A DNA stretch of 64,000 nt from Spirochaetia bacterium. Its GTDB lineage: Bacteria > Spirochaetota > Spirochaetia > SZUA-6 > Bin103. The first letter of the stretch is position 1. Each line of letters starts with the position of its first letter. Position numbers and translations under genes: made by a program. Below the pieces are notes generated by a model. It searched no databases. It was not told where the DNA came from and saw only the letters and a list, made by a program, of their open reading frames with translations. The DNA lies in assembly GCA_965199955.1 (NCBI GenBank), contig CBDATQ010000002.1:1600001-1664000 (forward strand). The letters are read 5' to 3'. Shown here piece by piece: positions 40,186 to 48,991 of this stretch.

Positions 40186-40467
40186 TCACGCCTCCTTGCG
40201 CACGATCAGGTACTTCAGGATCTCCGGCGCAAGCTGCAGTGCCCGCTCCGCGTCGCGGATGGCAGTCGGTTCGGACTCCACCTCGTAGTGGAAATAGTGA
40301 CCTCGGTCGGACTTCTTTATGGCGTAAGCCAATGGCCGTTCACCCATGTCTTCCTCGGTCAGGAAGGTCCCGCCGGCCCTGGAGAGGACCTCCTTGACCA
40401 GCCCCTGACCACGATCGACGCTATCGGCTTCCGGCTTGAAAATGAACGTAACTTCGTAGACCCGCAC
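40186..40467 (-). CDS. rpsF: 30S ribosomal protein S6
   Basis: YEVTFI, MGERPLAYAIKK..RGHY, ILKYLIVR. Confidence 0.95.
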   Translation of the reverse strand: MRVYEVTFIFKPEADSVDRGQGLVKEVLSRAGGTFLTEEDMGERPLAYAIKKSDRGHYFHYEVESEPTAIRDAERALQLAPEILKYLIVRKEA

Positions 40468-40523
40468 AACTGAATGCAAGCTAACACCTGCCCGTGGGCG
40501 CCGTCAACGCCGGCCGGCCCGGG

Positions 40524-42341
40524 TCAGGCGCAGTTCGATGCGCCTTCGGCCAGGTGCCAGCACACGCGGCCGACCGTGCCTCCCTCGAGAGGCCGGACCA
40601 GGACCAGGTAGTCGCCCTGTACCAGCTCGAACCGGCTCAGACCGGGTTCCTGAGGTGAGATGTCGATCATGCCCGGCAGGTAGAACACCGCCACCTCCGC
40701 CGGCGTCTCCGAAGCGGCCTCAAGCGATATCTGATAGGCATCGCGGTCGAACACCCGCAGGTTGTGGTGCCTGATGGGGCCGAGGTCAGCCTGCTCGACC
40801 CAGGCGCGGTCGGCGAACACCCGCGGCGGTGTCACCACGTCGAGCGCGACGCTGTAGCGCTGTCCCAGGTCCTCCTCCCCGGCGGTCACCTGGAGGACGG
40901 CCGGGTCCGCGCCCAGGTAGAGCGCGCCCACCAGCTCGCCGGCGTCGGATGGAATGAGCGGCAGGAACGGCGGTTCGTCTCTCGCGTTGTGCAGGCTCGC
41001 AGTCACGGAGTCGGAGTCCGAACGGATCGTCACGCTGTAGAAGAGTCCCGGCCGCGCGCTGAGCTGAAACCACTCCCGCGTCTGCCGCAACGATCGTTCC
41101 TGGGGCTCGCCGGGCTGCAACTCCGCAGGTTGGGCGAGCGCCTCCGCGCCGCCGGCGCCGGTCGCAGCGGGCGTGTCGCCGGCAGGTTCGGCAGCGTCCC
41201 CGGAGACAAGCGGCGTCGCTTTGATCGTGAGCGCGTAGGCTCCCGAGGAGGAGGCGTCGGCGGCCAATACCTCGATCACGTAGACGCCGGCGTCCATCTC
41301 GCCGGTGAAGCCACTGTCGTGGAGCCCGAACGGGACGGCGTTGCCGGCGTGGTAGAGGGCGATCAGCGTGTCGATATCGGACTCGATGGCCACGGTGACC
41401 GTCGACGGTGTGGGAAGCGCCAGCTCGAAGCGGTCGCGGTCGCTGGCGGTGAGCGCACGCTCGAAGCGGGCGTCCTCCTCCAACGGCAGCGGGACCTCGT
41501 AGCCGGCGACGTCGTCCGGCTCGTACGGGTCGTCGGCCGACGGTGGTTGAGCGGCCGGCGGACCCGCCGGGGCGGGTCGCTCGAAACTCTGCGGGGCCGC
41601 CGGCTGAGCCACCGGCTCCACGGGTTCCGGAGGGACATCCTCCTCGGGCGGGGGAATGGGCGGTTCGATGGACGGCTGCGGAGCGGTTGCGGATGGCCCG
41701 GCAGGTTCCTGGGGGTTCACCACCGCCGCGGGTACCGCAAGCGCCGGCTGCGGCGCCTCGACCTCGGGCGGTGCTTCCGGCGGCACTTCGGCGGCGATCA
41801 CGGTGCCTGTTTCGGCCAGCCCATCCAGCAGGTCCGGTTGCAGCAGCTCGGAGATGCCGGTGGAGCGCGGCATTTCGATCAGGTCGGCGTCGACGAGCAG
41901 GCCATCCCGATCGAGAACCCTGACCACGGCCAGCACCTGGTGTTCGAACGGCTGCAGCTCCACCGAGACCCGAACCGCCGAGTCTGGCGGTTCGTCGGAC
42001 GCCGGGGCGTCGAGCAGGCGGGCGCTCCGGTAGTGCCGCAACAGCGTGATCTGGAGCGCCCCCCGCACACGGGCGCCGAGCCGGGTCATGCGGTGCGAGT
42101 CGGTCCGCACCGGCTCGACGTACAGGATCGTGTGGACGTGATCCGGCACCGCGCGAGTGACCACTTCCGCCGCCTGCTGCGCCGCGCGTTCCACGGTCTG
42201 GCGAACCGGCATCTCGAGAACGGCGCCGAGCTCCTGGCCGACTGCGGTCGACGACGGCCACAGCAGCAGCCCGAGGACGCACAGGGACATGGCCGGAACA
42301 CCGGTCCGCCGGACGGTCAGCCGGCTCAAAAGTGGCTCCAC
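40524..42341 (-). CDS. Exported modular protein: N-terminal domain, Pro/Glu-rich linker, repeated PPC-like beta domains
   Basis: Signal-like LCVLGLLLWPSSTAVG, Pro-rich linker, DDPYEPDD, DRDRF, DTLIALY, AGVYVIEV...GAYALTI. Confidence 0.6.
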   Translation of the reverse strand: MEPLLSRLTVRRTGVPAMSLCVLGLLLWPSSTAVGQELGAVLEMPVRQTVERAAQQAAEVVTRAVPDHVHTILYVEPVRTDSHRMTRLGARVRGALQITLLRHYRSARLLDAPASDEPPDSAVRVSVELQPFEHQVLAVVRVLDRDGLLVDADLIEMPRSTGISELLQPDLLDGLAETGTVIAAEVPPEAPPEVEAPQPALAVPAAVVNPQEPAGPSATAPQPSIEPPIPPPEEDVPPEPVEPVAQPAAPQSFERPAPAGPPAAQPPSADDPYEPDDVAGYEVPLPLEEDARFERALTASDRDRFELALPTPSTVTVAIESDIDTLIALYHAGNAVPFGLHDSGFTGEMDAGVYVIEVLAADASSSGAYALTIKATPLVSGDAAEPAGDTPAATGAGGAEALAQPAELQPGEPQERSLRQTREWFQLSARPGLFYSVTIRSDSDSVTASLHNARDEPPFLPLIPSDAGELVGALYLGADPAVLQVTAGEEDLGQRYSVALDVVTPPRVFADRAWVEQADLGPIRHHNLRVFDRDAYQISLEAASETPAEVAVFYLPGMIDISPQEPGLSRFELVQGDYLVLVRPLEGGTVGRVCWHLAEGASNCA

Positions 42342-42994
42342 CCGGCCGGCCGGGGCAACGGGATCGGATCGGGGGCGGACTGGGTGCGCTGCAGCGCCGC
42401 CCAGTCGGCCTGCAGATCATCCACGAACCAGCGATCGGATTCGAGTACCAGGTAGACCTCGGCCGGAATGCTGCCGAGCGGCCCGGACAGTCTGGCGCGC
42501 AGGAATGCGGTGTCGCCGGTCCGTTCGACCCGTCCCAGCCGAAATCCGGCCAGAGTCACGCCGCGGCGCAGGTGATAGTCGAGGGTCGCGGCCACGTGCA
42601 CCTGCCCCGCGGGGGACAGCGGAAGATCGTGCAGATCGCCGCTCCGAACCGCTCCGAGCAACCGATCGACCGTGCGCACCGCAGCGCGTTCGCTCGCGGT
42701 AGCGTCCAGGTCATCGGCGAGCGGGCCGATCATCGCGTCGTCCGGGAGCAGGGGCCGCGCCGTCCGATACGCCAGGAATTCCGATGACTCGATCGCGGCA
42801 GGATGGTCGTCCACCGGCTGATCATCGGCCGTCGGCGAAACCTCCGCAACCGGCGGAGATCTCGGCGCCGGTTCCTCGCCGGCCGGAGCATCGCCGGCTG
42901 CGGGTTCGTTGTTTCGGGAGCGCGAACAGGAGGACGCAAGCAACATGACGCCGAACAGCAAGCAGGGCAGGGCAAGGCGAGCCCAGCGGATCAC
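42326..42994 (-). CDS. Hypothetical lipoprotein
   Basis: Basic N-region, hydrophobic core and LLASSC lipobox, then a Pro/Ala tether. Start placed at GTG 42994. Confidence 0.6.
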   Translation of the reverse strand: MIRWARLALPCLLFGVMLLASSCSRSRNNEPAAGDAPAGEEPAPRSPPVAEVSPTADDQPVDDHPAAIESSEFLAYRTARPLLPDDAMIGPLADDLDATASERAAVRTVDRLLGAVRSGDLHDLPLSPAGQVHVAATLDYHLRRGVTLAGFRLGRVERTGDTAFLRARLSGPLGSIPAEVYLVLESDRWFVDDLQADWAALQRTQSAPDPIPLPRPAGWSHF

Positions 42995-43073
42995 GTGGCA
43001 CGGTATCCGGTCCCGGCGTGACGGGTCAAATCCGTGCGCAACGTGCCCCCGCGCAACGTGGTAGCCTTGGCCC

Positions 43074-44363
43074 GTGCCGTCGAACGCCGCCCGGGTGGTG
43101 CGCGAGGTGCACTCGGAATTCACCCAGCCGGTTCGCGACCCCCTGTGGCAGAACATCGACCTCAGCCCCGGTCTGTACCGGCTGGCGCAGACGGCGCCGT
43201 TCCAGCGCCTGCGGGACATCCGGCAGCTCGGCCCGGTGTTTCTGGTGTATCCGGGCGCCACGCACACCCGCCTGAGTCACTCGATCGGCGTGATGCATCT
43301 AGCCGGGCGCATGATCACCGCGATCGCCGACCGGTCACCGGAGTGGCGCATCGAGCCGGAGGAAGTGCGTGCATTTCTCGCGGCGACGATGCTGCACGAC
43401 CTCGGGCACTATCCGAACGCCCACTCGCTCAAGGACCTGGCGGTGTCCCGGCACGAGACGCTGACCGCGCAGATGGTGCAGGAGGGCGAGGTGGCGCGCA
43501 CGCTGCGCGAGCGAGTCGGAGCCCCGCCCGAGCTGGTCGCGGCCATCATAGACGTCACCCTGCCGCACCCCACGCCGGGGCTGCCGTTTCTGCGGGCGCT
43601 GCTGGCCGGAGTGCTCGATCCTGACCGGTTGGACTACCTGAGCAGAGACGCGTTCTTCTGTGGCGTGCCGTATGGGATGCAGGACGTGGACTTCGTGATC
43701 GGGGAGATGCGCCGCACGGCATGCGGCCGTGTCGCGATCACGGAGAAAGGGACGCTGGCCGTGGAGAGTCTGCTGTTTTCCCGCTACCTGATGTACCGGG
43801 CGGTGTACTGGCACCGGACCGTGCGCATCGCCACGGCGATGATCAAGCGCGCGGTGCTGCTGGGGATGAAGGACGGGAAGATCCGGGCTGATGACCTGTA
43901 CGGCCTGACCGACCCGGGCTTCCTGCGGCTGCTCGACGTTAGGCGCCACCCGGCGTTCGTGCTGGTCGGCGACGTGCACGCCAGACGCCTGCATCGGCAG
44001 GCGTTCCGGGTCCGCTTCGAGCCGGGACGCGGCACCCATCGCCGCCTGGAGCTGCCGATCGACCGGCTGCAGGTCGAAAGCCGGCTGCGCGCCGCGGCGT
44101 CGGCGGAGCTTGGTGCCCCCGTGGAAGACCACGAGGTGCTCATCGACGTGCCGGAGCGCAACAGCTTCGCGACGGACCTGCTGGTACAGCCGGACGACGG
44201 CACGGATCCGATCCCGTTCTCGGGAACGCACACGGTGTTCGGTCCGGACGTCGTGGCCCGCTTCGGCGCGACGTTGCGCTCGATCGCCGTGATCGGCTCC
44301 CGGCGCCCGGGGCTGGATGCCGCGTTGCGCCGGGTCGCTCCGGCCGTGATCGATGGCGGCTGA
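43074..44363 (+). CDS. HD-domain phosphohydrolase (YdhJ/dNTPase-like)
   Basis: RDPLW, FQRLRDIRQLG, YPGATHTRLSHSIGV, LHDLGH, DPDRLDYLSRD, MYRAVYWH. Confidence 0.92.
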   Translation: MPSNAARVVREVHSEFTQPVRDPLWQNIDLSPGLYRLAQTAPFQRLRDIRQLGPVFLVYPGATHTRLSHSIGVMHLAGRMITAIADRSPEWRIEPEEVRAFLAATMLHDLGHYPNAHSLKDLAVSRHETLTAQMVQEGEVARTLRERVGAPPELVAAIIDVTLPHPTPGLPFLRALLAGVLDPDRLDYLSRDAFFCGVPYGMQDVDFVIGEMRRTACGRVAITEKGTLAVESLLFSRYLMYRAVYWHRTVRIATAMIKRAVLLGMKDGKIRADDLYGLTDPGFLRLLDVRRHPAFVLVGDVHARRLHRQAFRVRFEPGRGTHRRLELPIDRLQVESRLRAAASAELGAPVEDHEVLIDVPERNSFATDLLVQPDDGTDPIPFSGTHTVFGPDVVARFGATLRSIAVIGSRRPGLDAALRRVAPAVIDGG

Positions 44364-44372
44364 GTCCGGCCT

Positions 44373-44678
44373 TCAGTAATCGTCCTCCGGGTCGTAGTGC
44401 TCGGTGAACACGTGCGCCCCGCTGACACGGTCCGGGACGGCGTCCTCCACGAAGCGCATCACTTTCTGGAGGACCGATTCGGTGTGAGCGCCGCTGTTGG
44501 CGACCGCGGCGAACGCCAGCACGGCCCGCCGCAGGTCGTCGTTCGCGGCCACCTCGGCGGCCGCGACCCGGAAACGGGTTCCGGCCCGCTCCTTGAGCGA
44601 GGCGATGACGCGCCGCTTCTCCTTCAGCGACGTCGTTCCCGGCAGATCGATGCACAGGCGCAGCACGGAGACGACCAT
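44373..44678 (-). CDS. DUF503 (YlxP-like) protein
   Basis: MVVSVLRL...SLKEKRRVIASLKER...F-x-V-x-x-AEV..D. Confidence 0.85.
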   Translation of the reverse strand: MVVSVLRLCIDLPGTTSLKEKRRVIASLKERAGTRFRVAAAEVAANDDLRRAVLAFAAVANSGAHTESVLQKVMRFVEDAVPDRVSGAHVFTEHYDPEDDY

Positions 44679-44792
44679 GGAATTCCTCCCGCCCGGCGTC
44701 GGTCGCGCAACGTCGGCGCCGATATGTGCCGATAAACATAGCAGATACATGCTCGAACGCGGACACTCAACCACGGACAGGCGGGTTCATCG

Positions 44793-46247
44793 ATGACGTC
44801 ATACGCTGCTCGGATCTTCACCGGACGCTCCCACGCCGTCCGGGTCGTGCTCGCTGCCCTGATGCTGAGTGCCGCCGGTGCCCGCGTCGGCGTGGCGCAG
44901 GAGGGCGCAGACCCTGAAGGCGAAGGCGCCGGCGACGGCATGACCATCGGAGCGCTGCTCGGCATCGGCGTCGAGCACATTCCCGATGATGACGGCGGCG
45001 GCGCGACTTGGCAGTCGTTGACCCTCGCGCCGGAGTTCAGCGCAGGCAAGTTCAGCCTGGATCTGGGAGCGCAGCTTCGCTTCCGGTTCGACGGCGGACC
45101 CGCAGGCAGCGAGTGGGAGATCCGGGAGGAAGACTGGAGTCCGGACGAATCGATTGCGGGGCGGTCGTTCCTGGACCTGTTCCTGCCGATCATCCGCCAT
45201 GCGCGCTACGGCGGTGATGGTGAGCCCCTCGTGGTGCGCGCCGGTTCGTTCGAGGACGCCACCCTGGGAACGGGTTTCCTGCTCGGCGAGTACGCGAATA
45301 CCGTGCTGCTGCCGGGCCGCCGGCTGTTCGGGGTGGATCTGGACATCGACGGGGCGGTGTTCAACGTGCCGGTGGCCGGTCTGGAGACGGTCGTGGGCCA
45401 TGTGCCTGCCCTGGACGTGATGGGGGCCCGGCTCTGGGCCCGCCCGATGTATGCCCTGAGCATGCCCCTGCTCTCATCATTGCGGATCGGGGCCGTGGCA
45501 GCCGCCGACTTCGATCCGTTCCGGTACGTCCCGGACACCGACGAAGAGGGCAGCGTCTCGGCATTCGGGTTCGACCTCGAGGTCCCGGTCGTCGCGACGC
45601 CGTCGTTCTCCGCTACCGCCCACGGCGACGTGGTGCTGCTGGGGACCTCGGAGATCGACTCGCGGTCGGTCGGGACGGCGGTGGGCCTCTCCGGCACGGC
45701 GGTCAGCAACCTCCGCTACGGGCTGCAGCTCCGGCTGACCGACGACCGCTTCCTGCCGGTCTACTTCGATCGCGACTACGATCGGCAGCGAGCCGACAAG
45801 TTCCGCGCGCTGCGAGCCGCGGAACGGGCCACGACACAGTCCGACGCGCTGGAGGGCTTGGTCCATGCCGGATGGGCAGCGCGGGTTGGCACCTCCCTGC
45901 TGGATCGTCGCATAGACTTGGACCTGGGACTGTCCGGACCGTTGTCCGGCGCAGGCGGCGCCCTGGCGGAGGTTCCTTACGCGCAACGAAAGGGCCTGGA
46001 CGTGAAGGGGCGTGTCCGCCTGCGCGACCTTGGCGTCGACGGGATGTCGTTCGACCTGGACTACCGCAAGCGCCAGCTCGACAGTCTGGGCGATCTCACC
46101 GAGCCCGAGCATCTCTCGGTCGGCACGGCGCTCAGCTACCGGACGAACGGTACGCTGATCGTCCTGTCCTACCGCGGCTACTATGACCCTGCAGCCGACG
46201 GCCTGGTCGGAGCGCCGGCCGTGGAGAGCTGGATCGAGCTGTTCTGA
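44793..46247 (+). CDS. Putative outer-membrane beta-barrel protein
   Basis: Signal peptide, alternating amphipathic beta strands, and a C-terminal Phe (ESWIELF). Confidence 0.55.
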   Translation: MTSYAARIFTGRSHAVRVVLAALMLSAAGARVGVAQEGADPEGEGAGDGMTIGALLGIGVEHIPDDDGGGATWQSLTLAPEFSAGKFSLDLGAQLRFRFDGGPAGSEWEIREEDWSPDESIAGRSFLDLFLPIIRHARYGGDGEPLVVRAGSFEDATLGTGFLLGEYANTVLLPGRRLFGVDLDIDGAVFNVPVAGLETVVGHVPALDVMGARLWARPMYALSMPLLSSLRIGAVAAADFDPFRYVPDTDEEGSVSAFGFDLEVPVVATPSFSATAHGDVVLLGTSEIDSRSVGTAVGLSGTAVSNLRYGLQLRLTDDRFLPVYFDRDYDRQRADKFRALRAAERATTQSDALEGLVHAGWAARVGTSLLDRRIDLDLGLSGPLSGAGGALAEVPYAQRKGLDVKGRVRLRDLGVDGMSFDLDYRKRQLDSLGDLTEPEHLSVGTALSYRTNGTLIVLSYRGYYDPAADGLVGAPAVESWIELF

Positions 46248-46342
46248 CAGGCTATCCGACCGCATGATGGCCGGATCGCGTGACGGCCCGACGTGCCGAC
46301 GGCCTTTCCGCGTGCGAGGTGAATCCGACACACTCCCGGGCC

Positions 46343-48100
46343 ATGGGCCGAATCCGCGTCCTTGCAGACGATACGGCTCGCCAGATCGCGGCCGGAGAAG
46401 TCATCGACCGGCCGTACTCGATCGTCCGCGAGTTGCTCGACAACGCCATCGATGCCGGCGCCGCCAACGTGCGGGTGGAAGTTGTCAAGGGAGGGTTGGA
46501 GCAGATTCGCGTGATGGACGACGGTGCCGGCATGGACGAAGAGGATTTGCGTCTGTGCGCGCTCCGGCACGCCACCTCCAAGATCGCCGACCACCGCGAC
46601 CTCGCACGCGTGCGCACGCTGGGGTTTCGGGGCGAGGCGCTTGCGAGCATCGGCGCCTGCAGCGTGCTCACGCTGACCTCCCGAAGCAAGGAAGGAGCCT
46701 CGGCACACCGCGCGCTGGTGCGTTTCGGCCGTGACGAGGGCGTGCGGCCGAGCGCGGGAGTCCCGGGCACCACTGCGGAGGTGAGCTCGCTGTTCTTCGA
46801 GCTTCCGGCCCGGCGCCGTTTCCTGAAGAGCCGTGGCGCGGAGACGGCGCTGTGCCGGCGCACCTTCCTGGAGAAGGCGCTTCCGCACCCGGAGGTCGCG
46901 TTCGAGTTTGCCGTCGATGGCAGGCAGGTCATGAGAATGCCTGCCGGGTCGCCGCTCGATCGGACGGCAGCCGCCGCAGGACTGAACGCGGCCGATTTCG
47001 CCTGCGTGCACGGCGGTGGCGAGGGCCTGCGAGTGGCAGCGCTGGCGGCGCGCCCGGAGCTGGCCCGTCGCGACCGGGCGGGGATCCACGTCTATCTCAA
47101 CCGGCGGCGGATCACCGATTTCGGGCTCGTCCAGGCGGTCGAGTACGGGTACGGCGAGTTCCTGCCGGGTGGCCTGCACCCGGTGGCGTACCTGTTCGTC
47201 GAGATCGATCCCGAGATGGTCGATTTCAACGTGCACCCCGCGAAGCGGGAGGTGCGGCTGCGGCGTCCGGGCGAGCTGCATCGGGCGATCAGCTCGACGC
47301 TGCAGCGGGAGATCCGGAGCTGGCAGTCGCAGCCCGAGCGCGGCTCGGCTGCCGGGGAGAACCGGCCGGAAGCGGCCGCCGCATCGTTCCTGGCCGAGGC
47401 TCCGCCGGTCTTTCCGGCACTGATCCGGCCTCCTCCGGCGGGAGCGGACGGATCGCCGCCTGGCGTGCCCTCCTCCCGTCCGGACGCGGGGACGGCCCCT
47501 GGGGCGTGGCGCGGGCGCGCTCCCGACCCGGACGCCGAGATGCGCTACCTCGGTCAGGCCTTCCAGCTCTTCCTGGTCGCCGAGGTGGGCGACCGCATCT
47601 ACTTCGTCGACCAGCATGCCGCCCACGAGCGCGTGCTGTACGAGCAGCTTCGCGGCGGCCTGATCGAGCGGCAGAAACTGCTGGCCGGGCCATCCGTCGA
47701 GCTGTCTCCGGAAGAGGACACCGAGCTCCGCGGTTTCCTGGACGATCTCGAGCGTTGCGGGTTCCGTCTGCAGGCGCGGGGCGGAGGGCGCTACACGATC
47801 ATGGAGATACCGGCCGCGGCGGCGCGTCTGCCGGCGGAACATCTGTGTCGCTTCATGCGCCTGTGCGCGGGGACCTCGGAGGACTGGGACCGGGACGTGT
47901 ACAGCGGCTTGGCCTGCCGCCTTGCGGTCAAGGACGGGGAGGTCATCGACGATCGGTCGGGCCGCGAGTTGCTCGAGCGCTCGTTCCGGATCGATCCTCA
48001 GCGGTGTCCGCACGGTCGCCCGCTGTGGCTCGAGATCAGCAGGCAGGCGCTGGCCGGTTCGGTAGGGCGTCCGTCTCCCCTGAGACGGACGGCTCGCTGA
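46343..48100 (+). CDS. mutL: DNA mismatch repair endonuclease MutL
   Basis: QIAAGEVIDRP, ELLDNAIDA, HATSKI, GFRGEAL, DFNVHPAKREV, endonuclease motifs DQHAAHER and CPHGRP. Confidence 0.97.
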   Translation: MGRIRVLADDTARQIAAGEVIDRPYSIVRELLDNAIDAGAANVRVEVVKGGLEQIRVMDDGAGMDEEDLRLCALRHATSKIADHRDLARVRTLGFRGEALASIGACSVLTLTSRSKEGASAHRALVRFGRDEGVRPSAGVPGTTAEVSSLFFELPARRRFLKSRGAETALCRRTFLEKALPHPEVAFEFAVDGRQVMRMPAGSPLDRTAAAAGLNAADFACVHGGGEGLRVAALAARPELARRDRAGIHVYLNRRRITDFGLVQAVEYGYGEFLPGGLHPVAYLFVEIDPEMVDFNVHPAKREVRLRRPGELHRAISSTLQREIRSWQSQPERGSAAGENRPEAAAASFLAEAPPVFPALIRPPPAGADGSPPGVPSSRPDAGTAPGAWRGRAPDPDAEMRYLGQAFQLFLVAEVGDRIYFVDQHAAHERVLYEQLRGGLIERQKLLAGPSVELSPEEDTELRGFLDDLERCGFRLQARGGGRYTIMEIPAAAARLPAEHLCRFMRLCAGTSEDWDRDVYSGLACRLAVKDGEVIDDRSGRELLERSFRIDPQRCPHGRPLWLEISRQALAGSVGRPSPLRRTAR

Positions 48101-48149
48101 GTCGGCAGGACGCCAGGACGCCGAACCAAGTATACCAGGTAAGATGAGC

Positions 48150-48593
48150 CTACGGGTCGTTCTGGGCGCGTCGCCGACGCGAAAGGCGTGCGTACAGCCG
48201 TCCCAGCGGGCGGACGACCACGGCGCGCGCCAGCCGCGCCAGTCCCTTCAAGGCCCGCCGCCACCACCTGACGCGCTGCAGCCGCTGCATCCGCTCGATC
48301 GCTTCACGCAGCTCCTCCGGCCGAAGTTCCTTTCGCTGGACGTTCTCCTCCAGCTCGAGCTCCAGCGTCTCGCGCTCCGACTCCTTGTCGATCACGATCG
48401 CGTTGATGCTCTTCCACCCAAGGCGGCGGGCGCTTTCCAGCCGCCGGTTTCCAGCGATCAGTTCCGACCGGCGATTGATCAGGATCGGACAGAGCAGGCC
48501 GTGCTTGCGCAGGCTCTCCATCAGTGACGACAGGTCGCCGAGGGAATACCGGACCCGCTTGCGGATGACGATGGTATCGATCTCCACCTGCAT
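48150..48593 (-). CDS. ParB/Srx N-terminal-domain-only protein with a basic amphipathic C-terminal helix
   Basis: SLRKHGLLCPI, LIAGNRRLESA (GxxRxxA), ELEENVQRKEL; no HTH; 1-nt overlap with gcvH. Confidence 0.85.
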   Translation of the reverse strand: MQVEIDTIVIRKRVRYSLGDLSSLMESLRKHGLLCPILINRRSELIAGNRRLESARRLGWKSINAIVIDKESERETLELELEENVQRKELRPEELREAIERMQRLQRVRWWRRALKGLARLARAVVVRPLGRLYARLSRRRRAQNDP

Positions 48594-48991
48594 CAGCCGG
48601 AGCCCTCTGCAAGCCCGATCAGGCCCCGGTATTCGTCGCTGTCCAGCAGATCGTCGAGCTCGGCCGCGTCATCGATGCCGAGTTCGAAGATCCACCCGGC
48701 TCCTTCCGCATCGGCGTTGATCAGGCGGCCGGCTCCCGGCTCCCGCAGCCTTTCATTGACGGCGGTTACGACCCCGCCGACCGGCGCGTACAACTCGGTC
48801 GCTGCCTTCAGCGCGTCGATGGCGCACACCGCGGCGCCGCGTTCGATACGGGTGCCCACGTCGGGGAGCTGCACGAAGGTGATCTCGCCGAGCTCCTCCT
48901 GGGCGAAATCGGTCAGTCCCACCCGCACGCCGGACCGATGGCGTAGCGCCCAATGGTGGTCGTGCGTGTAGCGGCGTTCGTTCGAGTTCAT
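48593..48991 (-). CDS. gcvH: Glycine cleavage H-protein-like lipoyl carrier
   Basis: YTHDHHW, VGLTDFAQEELGEITFVQLP, lipoyl Lys in IDALKAATELYAPVGG, GWIF. Confidence 0.88.
   Translation of the reverse strand: MNSNERRYTHDHHWALRHRSGVRVGLTDFAQEELGEITFVQLPDVGTRIERGAAVCAIDALKAATELYAPVGGVVTAVNERLREPGAGRLINADAEGAGWIFELGIDDAAELDDLLDSDEYRGLIGLAEGSG

Noticed and set aside
48150..48593. Chromosome-partitioning parB/parS locus
   Set aside because: The protein has no HTH, there is no adjacent parA, and no parS palindrome was noticed.
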